Shown one piece after another: positions 1 through 9,882 of a DNA stretch of 64,000 nucleotides (position 1 is the stretch's first letter; every line of letters begins with the position of its first letter). Under the pieces are notes generated by a model that saw only the letters and a program-made list of their open reading frames with translations, made no database searches and had not been told where the DNA came from. This DNA comes from Gammaproteobacteria bacterium. GTDB lineage: Bacteria > Pseudomonadota > Gammaproteobacteria > UBA4575. The DNA is taken from the NCBI GenBank assembly GCA_965220875.1, contig OZ244849.1, positions 1,562,979-1,626,978 on the forward strand, read 5' to 3'. The position numbers and the translations under genes were made by a program.

Positions 1-454
1 GAAAGTTGTAGAGAAAATAGAACAGATCCTGGCACAGAATCGGGAACTCGAGAAAGATCTTGACAAGCTTAAGAACAAAGTCACTTCTCAGGCCGGGAGT
101 GATTTGCTTGATCGGGCCGTGGAACTGGAAGGGGTCAAAGTCCTGGCCAGCGTCATCGAAGGTGCAGACATGAAGTCCTTGCGCGAGATGGTAGACTTGC
201 TGAAAGACAGGCTTGGCAGTTCTGTGGTTGTGCTTGGAACGTCCAAAGAATCCAAAGTAAGCCTGGTAGCGGGGGTAACGACTGACCTGACCGGTAACAT
301 AAAGGCAAACGCTCTGGTTAATTCCGTCGCGGTGCAGGTAGGTGGAAAAGGAGGGGGTCGGGATGATATGGCTCAGGCTGGAGGCAATAACCCGGATGCA
401 CTGCATGAAGCCATGCAATCAGTCCCGGACTGGGTACGAGCCAATCTCCGGTAG
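1..454 (+). CDS. alaS: Alanine--tRNA ligase, C-terminal part (5' truncated by window)
   Basis: Open frame from the window edge; C-Ala domain motif GGKGGGRDDMAQAGG; conserved alaS-lysC-csrA synteny. Confidence 0.95.
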   Translation, partial: KVVEKIEQILAQNRELEKDLDKLKNKVTSQAGSDLLDRAVELEGVKVLASVIEGADMKSLREMVDLLKDRLGSSVVVLGTSKESKVSLVAGVTTDLTGNIKANALVNSVAVQVGGKGGGRDDMAQAGGNNPDALHEAMQSVPDWVRANLR

Positions 455-578
455 TGAGCATGGAATTGCATCAATCAGTGGTGAGCGGGAAATTATTTCA
501 ATTTTATCTGCATATTCAGTGATGTGCCATCATGATCTCGATATTACATGAAATATTCACCTCGGGAACCATACTACC

Positions 579-1820
579 ATGTCATTGATCGTACAAAAGT
601 TTGGTGGCACTTCGGTCGGGTCAATAGAACTTATTGAACGTGTCGCCGGGAAAGTGATTGCTACAAAAGAGCAGGGCCATCAGGTAGTCGTAGTAGTCTC
701 TGCCATGAGCGGTGAAACAAATCGGCTGGTGGGCCTGGCAAATGAAATCCAGGGAGATGCAGCTCGGGGGCGTGAGCTGGACGTATTGCTTTCAACCGGC
801 GAGCAGGTCACGATCGCGTTGCTCGCAATGGCCCTGCAAAAGCGTGGCTGTGCCGCAGTTTCGTCTACGGGCAGACAACTCGGCATTCTAACGGACAACA
901 AATTCAACAAGGCACGCATCAAGAGCATCGACGGCGAACGTTTGAAAAAATCTCTTGATGAAGGACATGTGGTCGTGGTTGCGGGGTTTCAGGGAGTTGA
1001 TGAGGAAGGCAACATTACTACCCTGGGTAGAGGCGGCTCAGATACTACTGCTGTTGCACTGGCTGCGGCGGTCGAAGCTGATGAGTGCCAGATCTACACT
1101 GACGTAGACGGCGTTTATACTACTGACCCGCGTGTAGAGCCGAATGCAAGGCGCTTGGAACGCATAACATTTGAAGAGATGCTTGAAATGGCAAGCCTTG
1201 GCTCAAAAGTGTTGCAAATCCGGGCTGTTGAGTTTGCAGGCAAGTACGATGTTCCTATCAGGGTTCTCTCCACGTTTGAGGAAGGACCTGGCACTTTAAT
1301 TACTTTTGAGGAAGACGTTGTGGAAGAACCGCTTGTATCTGGAATTGCTTTTAATCGGGATGAAGCCCAGTTAACTGTGAAAGGTGTTCCTGATCGGCCT
1401 GGAGTGGCTGCTCACATACTGGGCCCGATCGCTGGAGAAAATATTGAAGTAGACATGATCGTTCAGAATGTAGGCTCTGATGGAACAACGGATTTCACAT
1501 TTACAGTTCATAGAAATGACTATAATAAAGGCTTGTTAATACTTGAAAATACATTAAAAAATATAGGAGGTGGCCAGGTAGGGGGCGACCCGCATATCGT
1601 GAAACTTTCACTGGTGGGCGTAGGGATGAGGTCACATGCGGGAATTGCTAGTAGAATGTTCACGGCGTTGGCCCAAGAAAAGATCAATATTAGGATGATT
1701 TCGACGTCTGAAATAAAAATTTCTGTAGTAATTGAGGAGAAATACCTGGAGCTGGGCGTACGCGTATTGCATGAGGCGTTTGAACTGGGCCAGGAAAATG
1801 AAGAAAAAAATAGCGGATAG
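579..1820 (+). CDS. lysC: Aspartate kinase
   Basis: VQKFGGTSV, TTLGRGGSDTTA, YTDVDGVYTTDPR, C-terminal ACT domains. Confidence 0.97.
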   Translation: MSLIVQKFGGTSVGSIELIERVAGKVIATKEQGHQVVVVVSAMSGETNRLVGLANEIQGDAARGRELDVLLSTGEQVTIALLAMALQKRGCAAVSSTGRQLGILTDNKFNKARIKSIDGERLKKSLDEGHVVVVAGFQGVDEEGNITTLGRGGSDTTAVALAAAVEADECQIYTDVDGVYTTDPRVEPNARRLERITFEEMLEMASLGSKVLQIRAVEFAGKYDVPIRVLSTFEEGPGTLITFEEDVVEEPLVSGIAFNRDEAQLTVKGVPDRPGVAAHILGPIAGENIEVDMIVQNVGSDGTTDFTFTVHRNDYNKGLLILENTLKNIGGGQVGGDPHIVKLSLVGVGMRSHAGIASRMFTALAQEKINIRMISTSEIKISVVIEEKYLELGVRVLHEAFELGQENEEKNSG

Positions 1821-1953
1821 TGCATAATAAACAACAGTTTCGGTAAGGAAGTAAACCGAAGTGATACACACCCGCAGGCATGTTTGGATGGCAACTTGAT
1901 AACAATGCTGCGGGTCAGAGAAGTATAAAACGGACTATTGAGGAGACACGGAG

Positions 1954-2148
1954 ATGCTGATTTTGACTAGGAGAGTTGGTGAAACACTCATGATTGGAGA
2001 TGATGTCACAGTTACTGTTCTAGGCGTAAAGGGGAACCAGGTTCGAATTGGGGTGAATGCGCCGAGGGATGTTGCGGTACATCGTGAAGAGATTTTTGAG
2101 CGAATCCGGCAGGAAAAGACACATGAGGAGGGGACTTCCGGTCAGTAG
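1954..2148 (+). CDS. csrA: Carbon storage regulator CsrA/RsmA
   Basis: [47 protein letters not shown]; GGAG RBS. Confidence 0.98.
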   Translation: MLILTRRVGETLMIGDDVTVTVLGVKGNQVRIGVNAPRDVAVHREEIFERIRQEKTHEEGTSGQ

Positions 2149-2395
2149 CCGGTCCTCTGTTGAATTAATTTTGTCCAGCCTGGCCAAACAGTTGGGCTGG
2201 CACCTGTGAGTAACGCTTTGTCCGGAAGAGGGCTTTGTTAAAATTTATTTGGGATCAGGCAGCAGATGTAGTTTTGTACTGGTTTCCGGTAGGGCTGCAA
2301 CGGAACTGATTCCACGTGTCTTCAATACTACATGTTCTCTGAGTACAGCTGTACACAGGACGTCCATAGAACTACATAATCGAGGAGTCCAAATC

Positions 2396-3868
2396 ATGCG
2401 GGTTCACATCAAGGCAGCCAGGCAAACCTACCGACAAATATTTGCGAACAGGGTGCGAGAGAAGAATTGCGGGCCAGAAGACCTGCCATGCATGGGGAAC
2501 CAGCCTGGCCGAGTAGGTTTCATACCCCGCAAAGCAGGTTACAGTGCGCTTGCAGCCATATTTCTCATAGTGCTTTTCTTGCCCGCAGCGCGTGCGGCAC
2601 TAGACAGCGAAACCCAGTTTGTCCTGAACACCTTTTCATTTCTCGTCTGGGGTGCGCTCGTAATGTGGATGTGTGCGGGATTTACCATGCTCGAATCAGG
2701 CTCAGTGCGCACGAAGAACGCATCAGTAATCTGCCTGAAGAACATAGGACTCTACTCCATTGCCGGACTGGCATTTTACTTTGTCGGCTACAACATCATG
2801 TACGTCGGCGTGGACGCTGGTGACTGGTTTGGCTCATTCCAGTTCCTGTATGGCGTTTCCAGTGATGAAATAGCGCTGCTCGATGGACAGGAGGCTGCAA
2901 CCTCAGCTGTTGTAGAAAATGGCTATTCAGTCATGTCAGACTGGTTTTTCCAGATGGTGTTCGTCGCGACAACTGCCTCAATTGTCTCTGGCGCACTGGC
3001 AGAGCGTGTAAAGCTTTGGTCGTTTTTCATTTTCATTCTCGTGCTGACGGCTTTTATCTACCCCGTAATCGGATCTTGGACATGGGGTGGCGGATGGCTT
3101 TCGGATATGGGCTTTCAGGATTTTGCCGGCTCAACAATTGTGCACTCTACAGGAGGGTGGGCGGCACTTGCAGGAGCCCTTATCGTCGGTGCAAGAAGCG
3201 GGAAATTTCGCAGTGACGGAAGTGTCAAGGTCACACCGCCTTCCAATGTACCCGCCGTGACATTGGGTGTATTTATACTTTGGCTGGGATGGTTTGGCTT
3301 TAATGGCGGCTCACAGCTCGCATTGGGGGGAGCCGTCGATGCAGTAGCAATTAGTGTCATTCTCTCCAATACAAATCTTGCGGCGGCGGCGGGTGTCATG
3401 GCGGCTATCACTTTGTCCAGACCTGTTTTAGGTCGCATCGACCTGCTTGCCGGTTTGAATGGAGCGATAGGAGGCTTGGTGGCAATTACTGCCGGACCAG
3501 ATATCGTAGAACACTATTGGGCAGTAATCATCGGCGCGATAGGTGGTGCAATCTGCGTGGTCGGGCTGAAGCTCCTGGAACAATTGAAAATTGACGATGT
3601 CGTAGGTGCGGTTCCAGCACACTTGTTTGCTGGTATCTGGGGTACGCTGGCAGTATGTATTGCAGCAGGAGGAAATCTCTTGGTGCAGATCATCGGGATT
3701 CTGTCGATTGGAGCTTTCGTATTTGGGCTCTCAGGGATAGCTTGGTTCATTATTGACAAGACTCTTGGTGCTCGAATTTCACCTGAGGGTGAAAAATTGG
3801 GACAGGATGTCGCAGAACTTGGCATCGAGGCATATCCTGAATTTGTGGTTATGCCAGAAGAGGACTAA
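2396..3868 (+). CDS. amt: Ammonium transporter (Amt family)
   Basis: DFAGSTIVH, FILWLGWFGFNGGS, DDVVGAVPAHL (both pore His present); GAGGAG RBS before ATG 2396; no adjacent glnK. Confidence 0.95.
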   Translation: MRVHIKAARQTYRQIFANRVREKNCGPEDLPCMGNQPGRVGFIPRKAGYSALAAIFLIVLFLPAARAALDSETQFVLNTFSFLVWGALVMWMCAGFTMLESGSVRTKNASVICLKNIGLYSIAGLAFYFVGYNIMYVGVDAGDWFGSFQFLYGVSSDEIALLDGQEAATSAVVENGYSVMSDWFFQMVFVATTASIVSGALAERVKLWSFFIFILVLTAFIYPVIGSWTWGGGWLSDMGFQDFAGSTIVHSTGGWAALAGALIVGARSGKFRSDGSVKVTPPSNVPAVTLGVFILWLGWFGFNGGSQLALGGAVDAVAISVILSNTNLAAAAGVMAAITLSRPVLGRIDLLAGLNGAIGGLVAITAGPDIVEHYWAVIIGAIGGAICVVGLKLLEQLKIDDVVGAVPAHLFAGIWGTLAVCIAAGGNLLVQIIGILSIGAFVFGLSGIAWFIIDKTLGARISPEGEKLGQDVAELGIEAYPEFVVMPEED

Positions 3869-3972
3869 GAAGTATCAAGTTTGTTTCCTCGTACAGTTGC
3901 TGTAAGCCTGCAAGTAAATCGGAAGTTCCAGCCCGGCACTTTTGAATGTGCATTTTTGCTTAGGACTTGAAT

Positions 3973-4911
3973 TTAGGAATAAGTGGTTTTCATCAAAATC
4001 TTGGTTGAGTTGTCAAGGAATTTCAGGCATTTGTGAGCCATAGGGTTCTTTTTCCCGCGCTCGGTGAGCACAGCACAGTAGTGATTGTCAAACTCAACAA
4101 AGCCGTCTGAAAGTTCAACCAGCACACCGATTTGCAGGTACCGTTCGATGAAATGCCTCCAACCCAAGACAAGGCCGCGCCCAGCAGCGGCTGCTTCCAG
4201 CATATACACGTAGCTATCAAACCCAACAAATTGAGGGGCATGCTGTGGATAGCCTGCAACCTTGAACCAGTCCTTCCAGGTTGCCCAGCCTTCATTGGGT
4301 CGTATATGGTCAAGGAACGTCAGGCTGCTCCAGTTATTGACAGGTCCGCTTAGGATATCCGCATGTCTCACAGCATAATCAGGCGAGCATAGCGGCCTGA
4401 CTGCTTCTTTGTGGACCAGTGAATGCTCTTGGTCCGGGGGGGCTGCCTCCCAGCAGAGCATTACGTCGACAGCCGGTTCAGACGGTAAGTCCTTAATATG
4501 ATAGTGATACGTAAGAATGCGTATCCTGACATGCTCGCCAAGTGCTTCCTGGAGTGCTTCGAATTGAGGCATCAAATAGCAATGTGATGCCTCGTGCGAA
4601 CAGGCAATTACTACTTGTTCGTAATCAGGTTGGCTAGCAATCTCTGAAGTAGCCGCATGGATGATACTGATCCCATTGACCACTGCGTCATGAAAGCGGC
4701 GACCGGCATCAGTCAAGTTCACCCCATTGCGTGACCGTTCAAAGAGGCGTGTTGAAAGCATTTTCTCAAGCTTTGCAATGTCGCGGCTGACAGCGGGTTG
4801 TGAGGTACGTAATTCCTTGGCTGCCAGAGATAGTCTGCCGAGTCTGGCAGCACTTTCAAAAGTAAACAAGGCGTTCATCGTGGGAAGTTGGAAAGGATTG
4901 CGCCGCTTCAT
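3973..4911 (-). CDS. LysR-family transcriptional regulator (GcvA-like)
   Basis: LPTMNALFTFESAARLGRLSLAAKELRTSQPAVSRDIAKLE HTH; AAAAGRGLVLGW; start taken at MKRRN. Confidence 0.9.
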   Translation of the reverse strand: MKRRNPFQLPTMNALFTFESAARLGRLSLAAKELRTSQPAVSRDIAKLEKMLSTRLFERSRNGVNLTDAGRRFHDAVVNGISIIHAATSEIASQPDYEQVVIACSHEASHCYLMPQFEALQEALGEHVRIRILTYHYHIKDLPSEPAVDVMLCWEAAPPDQEHSLVHKEAVRPLCSPDYAVRHADILSGPVNNWSSLTFLDHIRPNEGWATWKDWFKVAGYPQHAPQFVGFDSYVYMLEAAAAGRGLVLGWRHFIERYLQIGVLVELSDGFVEFDNHYCAVLTERGKKNPMAHKCLKFLDNSTKILMKTTYS

Positions 4912-5309
4912 GCAAAAAATGATATTTATACATATCCAATTTATCAAGTATCTTTTAAAAATATGGTTTTATATAGTCATATCCTAGAAGAATTTATAAC
5001 AATATTGATACATCTGTATCGTGCACATGATTGAGTGCATATGAAATATGAATGACAAGTCTGTTTGCCGGTAGTCAGCTGCACACGCAGTCTGGATTTG
5101 TGATCATCCGAGCGTTATCATCAAGCTGCCGAACATCGTGGGGAACAGGGCCGTATTGAGGAGCGACCGGGTCGCATCGGATGGAATGTGGGGTTGTCGT
5201 GTCCTGCCTGACGATGAATAGCCACGGGATGGTCAGGCACCGGCGGCGACACGCTTATGACCTGTGGGCGTTGCGGTCAGATCTGCAGCCGGACAATGGG
5301 GGGAATGCC

Positions 5310-6434
5310 ATGAAGACGAATCAAACGAAGCGAAGAAGTCCCCGGTACGGGGTGGTTGGCTGGGCGGCCGGTGCCGTGCTGGCGTGTCTGACCGGTCTGC
5401 CCGGGGTCACGACGGGCGCCGAATCGATCACGGTGGTTTCCTGGGGCGGTTCTTATGCCAGGGCCTGGGAGAAGGCGATCCTTGAGCCCTTCACGGCCGA
5501 GACGGGTGTCGAGGTGCGCCTGGAGAGTTACAACGGGGGCCTGGCCCAGGTGAGGGCGCAGGTCGAGACGGGCAACGTGCACTGGGACATCGTGGACCTC
5601 GAGTTCGCGGACCTCGCACGCGGATGTGACGAAAACCTGCTCGAGCTTGTCGATATAGACCAGTTGCCCCCAGCACCCGACGGCACCCCGGCGCGAGAAG
5701 ATTACTACGAGGGGACGTATTCGGATTGTGGAGGCAACGGAATCTTCTACTCGACGATCTATGCCTACAACACCAAGAGTTTCCCCGGTGAGAAGCCGTC
5801 CACCATCGAGGACTATTTCGATCTCGGGAAGTTTCCGGGACGGCGCGGCATGCGCCGCACTCCCGGGGTGAACCTGGAGTTTGCGCTCATGGCGGACGGG
5901 GTTCCTCCGGGCGAGGTGTACGAGGTGCTCGATACGCCTGAAGGCCTGGACCGTGCCTTCCGCAAGCTGGACACGATCAAGGAGCATATTGTGTGGTGGG
6001 AGGCCGGTGCCCAGCCGCCGCAGATGCTGGCCGACCAGGAGGTGGTGATGAGCACGGCCTACAACGGCAGGATCTTCAACGCCCAGGTGATCGAGAACCA
6101 GCCGCTGGTGATCGTCTGGGACGGTCAGGTGCTCGATTACAGTCAGATCGCGGTTGTCGCCGGTACACCTCGTTTGGAACTGGCGATGGAATTCCTGCAG
6201 TATGCTTCGCGGGTGGAGTCGATGGCGGCGATTGGTCGTTACATTGCGTACAGTCCGACGCGTCGTTCGGGGGTGAACCTGTTTACCACGCATGCGGAGA
6301 CGGGGGTGGAGATGCGTCCGCACATGCCGAGTGCGCCGGAGAATTTGAAGCGAGCGTTGCACAACGACTGGGAGTGGTGGAGCGACAACGCGGAGGAAGT
6401 GCACGAGCGGTTTAGCGCGTGGCTCAATCGCTGA
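5310..6434 (+). CDS. ABC transporter substrate-binding protein, polyamine/PotD-like family (orphan)
   Basis: Signal peptide; VVSWGGSY, DLGKFPGRRG, AYNGRI motifs; no permease or ATPase adjacent. Confidence 0.88.
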   Translation: MKTNQTKRRSPRYGVVGWAAGAVLACLTGLPGVTTGAESITVVSWGGSYARAWEKAILEPFTAETGVEVRLESYNGGLAQVRAQVETGNVHWDIVDLEFADLARGCDENLLELVDIDQLPPAPDGTPAREDYYEGTYSDCGGNGIFYSTIYAYNTKSFPGEKPSTIEDYFDLGKFPGRRGMRRTPGVNLEFALMADGVPPGEVYEVLDTPEGLDRAFRKLDTIKEHIVWWEAGAQPPQMLADQEVVMSTAYNGRIFNAQVIENQPLVIVWDGQVLDYSQIAVVAGTPRLELAMEFLQYASRVESMAAIGRYIAYSPTRRSGVNLFTTHAETGVEMRPHMPSAPENLKRALHNDWEWWSDNAEEVHERFSAWLNR

Positions 6435-6534
6435 GGGGTGCCAGGATTCGTGCGGCAGTTCGAACGCTGCTATGGTTAACAAGATCGAAGATGGGCCAAG
6501 TTGGGTGGCCTGCCCACATTTGAGGATAGCTGAG

Positions 6535-7920
6535 ATGAAACTACAAGCATGCAGACAGGTTTTCTGGGTCATTTTTTTGCTGCTCTTTTTTCTGCCCGTG
6601 GCGGCTGAGGAAACCGCCTCTGATGAGAATGAGGCCCTGCGCCAGCATATTGAGCACCTGGAGCAGGAGTTGGCGAAGGCCCGGGAAAAGCTTGCCGAGG
6701 TGGAATCCCAGAAAGAAGGCGGTGCACAACCGGTTGTGCTCGAGGAGCCGGCTGAACCAGAACAACGCCCGGTCAGGATCGGCGGTGCCCTGGGCATACA
6801 CTACGCATACGGCGACTATGAACATGACGGTTCCTTTGCACGCCGCAACGAAGACTTGGGAGACGTGGATCTTGATATCTTCCGCCTGAATGCCGATATC
6901 GAGTCCGGCAACCTCATCGGCAGAATCGAGTACCGGTGGTATGACAACTACAGCATGATGCACACTGCGTGGCTGGGCTATGAGATGGAGCGTTACGGTA
7001 CGCTCAAGGCAGGCATCGTTCGCGTTCCCTTCGGTCCGGGACCGTGGGGAGTGTCCACCAGCTGGTTCTTTGACCAGCATTATTACGTAGGGCTTTCCGA
7101 CGACATGGACCTGGGTATCCGATGGACCAAGTCCTTTGGAGACCTGACCGTCGATCTTGCCTACTATATTGAGGACGAAGGGGAGTGGGACGGGTCGAGT
7201 CGTGATAGCTCACGCTACAGCTATGACCCGGTGACGTGGGATGAACAGGTCGATTCAATGGGTAACGTCACATTCGGCGCCGGTGAGAGCGGTTTTGAGG
7301 AAGACGGCCAATTGAACCTGCGGATGATCTACGCGACCGAAAGCTTTGGAAAGCTGGGGGCATCCTTTCAATACGGCTGGCTGAAGGGGAAAAACGTGGA
7401 CGACAGTGGTGCCGACCATTTCGCGGCCTCCGCCCATGCCGAGAATTCGTTTGGAGATTTCACGCTTTTTTCACAGGTCTCCTACTACAAGTACGACATT
7501 ACCGACGATACCCCGTGGGGAACCGGCGATTTGATTCCCATGGGGGCCTTTAACTTTGCCTGGCCTGTAGCCTCCGAAGGGTGGGTGCCCGCCGTATCCC
7601 TCCGCTACCACGGCATCGACACATCAGGCATATCCTGGCTTGAAAGCGTGACTCCCTACCTTGAGTGGAGTGCCATCCTGAAAGACAGAAGCGATTTCAA
7701 TGACAGCACCCTGTGGACTTTAGGTGCCCTGTGGTACTGGGGCAACCTGTATATCTATACCGATCTTGGGATCTCTGACGGCAATTTTTACGTCGGTGAC
7801 AAGGGCGACAGCTATGGTAACCTCTATGACGGCGTCGGCGACTTCGGAGCCAACGGGAATGACAGGTGGAAGAAGAGATTCAACATCAATGCGAGGTATT
7901 ACTTCAGCCTGTTCAACTAG
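6535..7920 (+). CDS. Putative outer-membrane beta-barrel/porin with N-terminal coiled coil
   Basis: Signal peptide, coiled-coil EALRQHIEHLEQEL, Trp/Tyr/Asp-rich amphipathic strands, aromatic C-terminal strand RFNINARYYF. Confidence 0.7.
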   Translation: MKLQACRQVFWVIFLLLFFLPVAAEETASDENEALRQHIEHLEQELAKAREKLAEVESQKEGGAQPVVLEEPAEPEQRPVRIGGALGIHYAYGDYEHDGSFARRNEDLGDVDLDIFRLNADIESGNLIGRIEYRWYDNYSMMHTAWLGYEMERYGTLKAGIVRVPFGPGPWGVSTSWFFDQHYYVGLSDDMDLGIRWTKSFGDLTVDLAYYIEDEGEWDGSSRDSSRYSYDPVTWDEQVDSMGNVTFGAGESGFEEDGQLNLRMIYATESFGKLGASFQYGWLKGKNVDDSGADHFAASAHAENSFGDFTLFSQVSYYKYDITDDTPWGTGDLIPMGAFNFAWPVASEGWVPAVSLRYHGIDTSGISWLESVTPYLEWSAILKDRSDFNDSTLWTLGALWYWGNLYIYTDLGISDGNFYVGDKGDSYGNLYDGVGDFGANGNDRWKKRFNINARYYFSLFN

Positions 7921-8314
7921 CCCGTGAGCGAACCGGAAGCATCGAGGTTCGGCTCCCTGCGAGTGCCAGCGGGCAGGGCAATGTCGTACAAAACCTGCTG
8001 ATGGTTTCCATTCAAGCCTGGGTCAAGCTTAGGAGGCATGACCCTAAATAAGGGGCAAACGATACTCGAGTTTCTTGTCTGGGTTTCGTTCAGTGCCCAC
8101 ATCCATTCAGTGTCGCGCACTTCTCCATCGGCATATTCTTGCGCATGCTGGCCTGCGCTACGGGCTCACAAAAAACCAATTCCGACAGGGTTCGCCGCGC
8201 AATGTGCGGGCCGTCTGATGCGTCGAAATCCGATCACGACCACGGTCTTGCAGAATGCAAAGTCGCAGCTCAACAGCGCGATCATTAGCGCGTCCCAAAT
8301 TGCCCGGGCACAGG

Positions 8315-9058
8315 TCAATGGTCGGTTCGCCAATCGATCAGGGCGACATCGCTCCAAGTGCCTGGCGCACGCTCCACCGAATAGACGCGCAGGCGGTGGT
8401 GAATCTCCAGTTCCTGCAGGACATCGGTGAGAGTATGTGCACGCTCGCGCTCTAGGAGGCGCCCGTTGAGCTGGACGTGCAGTGGCGGCGCATAAGGGGC
8501 ACCGACGCTCTGGACCAGGACGACGCACCGGGCAGCGCAGCGGTGCATCTTCAACAACGCAGTCGCAATATCTTCCATGCGATAGAAAGCGTTGCATCCG
8601 AAAACGACGTCGGCCTCCAATTCTGGCGCTTCTTCCCAACTGCATGGCCAGAGCCGGGGCGGTGCTCCAGATCGTGCCTCCTCCCAGCGGCGCAGAAACT
8701 CCATCCGCATGGCCATCGAGGGCTCGACGGCAGAGATCTCGCCGACATGGGCAGCGATCTGCCGGGTGAACGAACCGGATCCGGACCCGATCTCAAGTAC
8801 GCGGTCGCAGGGCTGCAGCAGTGGTAAGAGGTCAGTGATCAGTGCATCGGCGCGCTGCGCCAGTGGGCACCGCTCGTCGTAGTTTGGCGCATAGTGGCGC
8901 CAGAAGGATTCCTCTGCCATGTCATCGCGCCAACGCATGTCGTGTTCGGCTTTCTGGGCGAAGGCCATTCTCCAGAATGTCGACGGTGTCATCTCGATGG
9001 CCGGCTCCCTCATCTCCCTTTTCCTCGTCTTCCTGACGGCAGGCAGGCGGTTTCTCAT
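8315..9058 (-). CDS. Class I SAM-dependent methyltransferase
   Basis: VLEIGSGSG motif I, AVEPS motif II; TGATG overlap with the upstream ATPase stop. Confidence 0.85.
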   Translation of the reverse strand: MRNRLPAVRKTRKREMREPAIEMTPSTFWRMAFAQKAEHDMRWRDDMAEESFWRHYAPNYDERCPLAQRADALITDLLPLLQPCDRVLEIGSGSGSFTRQIAAHVGEISAVEPSMAMRMEFLRRWEEARSGAPPRLWPCSWEEAPELEADVVFGCNAFYRMEDIATALLKMHRCAARCVVLVQSVGAPYAPPLHVQLNGRLLERERAHTLTDVLQELEIHHRLRVYSVERAPGTWSDVALIDWRTDH

Positions 9059-9882
9059 CAACCGAGTTCCTCCTGGGTAGGCAGCAACGCCCGCCCCCAA
9101 GACGTCGGGTACGTCTCGAAGCGAACGCCGAAGACCTCAGTGAGGATTCCGGAGGTCAATACGTCCTCGTTGGTTCCGCACATGACGATCCGGCCTTCAG
9201 CCATGACCGCAATGCGGTCGGCGAAGCGCAGCGCGAGGTTGAGATCGTGCAGCACGACCAGCGACGCGACTTCGGTCAGAGATTGGCGCAGGTACTGCAT
9301 GGTTCGGAACTGATGGGCTGGGTCCAGACTGGCGATCGGCTCGTCGGCGAGCAACAGGCTCGGCCTTGTAATGAGTGCCTGCGCCAGCAGTGTACGGGCG
9401 CGTTCCCCGCCCGACAGTGAGGCGAATTGACGATCCAGCAGCTCGATTAACTCGAGATCTTGAAGCAGACTGCTCGACTTGTCCGCCGCATCGACGGCCG
9501 CGGGTACGGGTGCTCGGATCGCGCGCCGTCCGAATGCCGTCAGGCCGCGTTGCCGACCGATGTCCAGGAGGTCGGTAACGCTCAGTTCCCAGTGCGGTGC
9601 GAAGAACTGCGGGAGATAGGCGATTCGGCGTGCCCTTTCATCCGCTGAAAAGCCTGTCAGGGGGCGCCCTTCGAATTCGATCCTTCCGCTCCACGCCGTT
9701 TCGATGCCACCGAGGCATTTAAGGGCACTGCTCTTGCCAGCCCCATTCGGGCCGACCAGGGCGAGCAGTTCCCCGGCGAATATCTCGAGTGCGACGCCGT
9801 CCAGCACCGGGCGACGGGCTTTGGTGAGACGCAGGTCTGACAGGTGCGCAAGCGGGCTGGGTTTGGCGGCCGCGTGAGTCAT
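9058..9882 (-). CDS. ABC ATP-binding protein, iron-chelate/cobalamin family (FepC/BtuD-like)
   Basis: GPNGAGKS, LSGGERAR, ADEPIASLD, VLHDLNLA. Confidence 0.93.
   Translation of the reverse strand: MTHAAAKPSPLAHLSDLRLTKARRPVLDGVALEIFAGELLALVGPNGAGKSSALKCLGGIETAWSGRIEFEGRPLTGFSADERARRIAYLPQFFAPHWELSVTDLLDIGRQRGLTAFGRRAIRAPVPAAVDAADKSSSLLQDLELIELLDRQFASLSGGERARTLLAQALITRPSLLLADEPIASLDPAHQFRTMQYLRQSLTEVASLVVLHDLNLALRFADRIAVMAEGRIVMCGTNEDVLTSGILTEVFGVRFETYPTSWGRALLPTQEELG

Noticed and set aside
2149-2395. att duplicate of the tRNA-Ser 3' end at the far side of the island
   Set aside because: No copy of CTCTCCGCCA or its complement seen, and no integrase in the region
5277-6797. 506-aa minus-strand ORF
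   Set aside because: Antisense shadow of the GC-rich SBP and barrel genes, with no protein-like motifs
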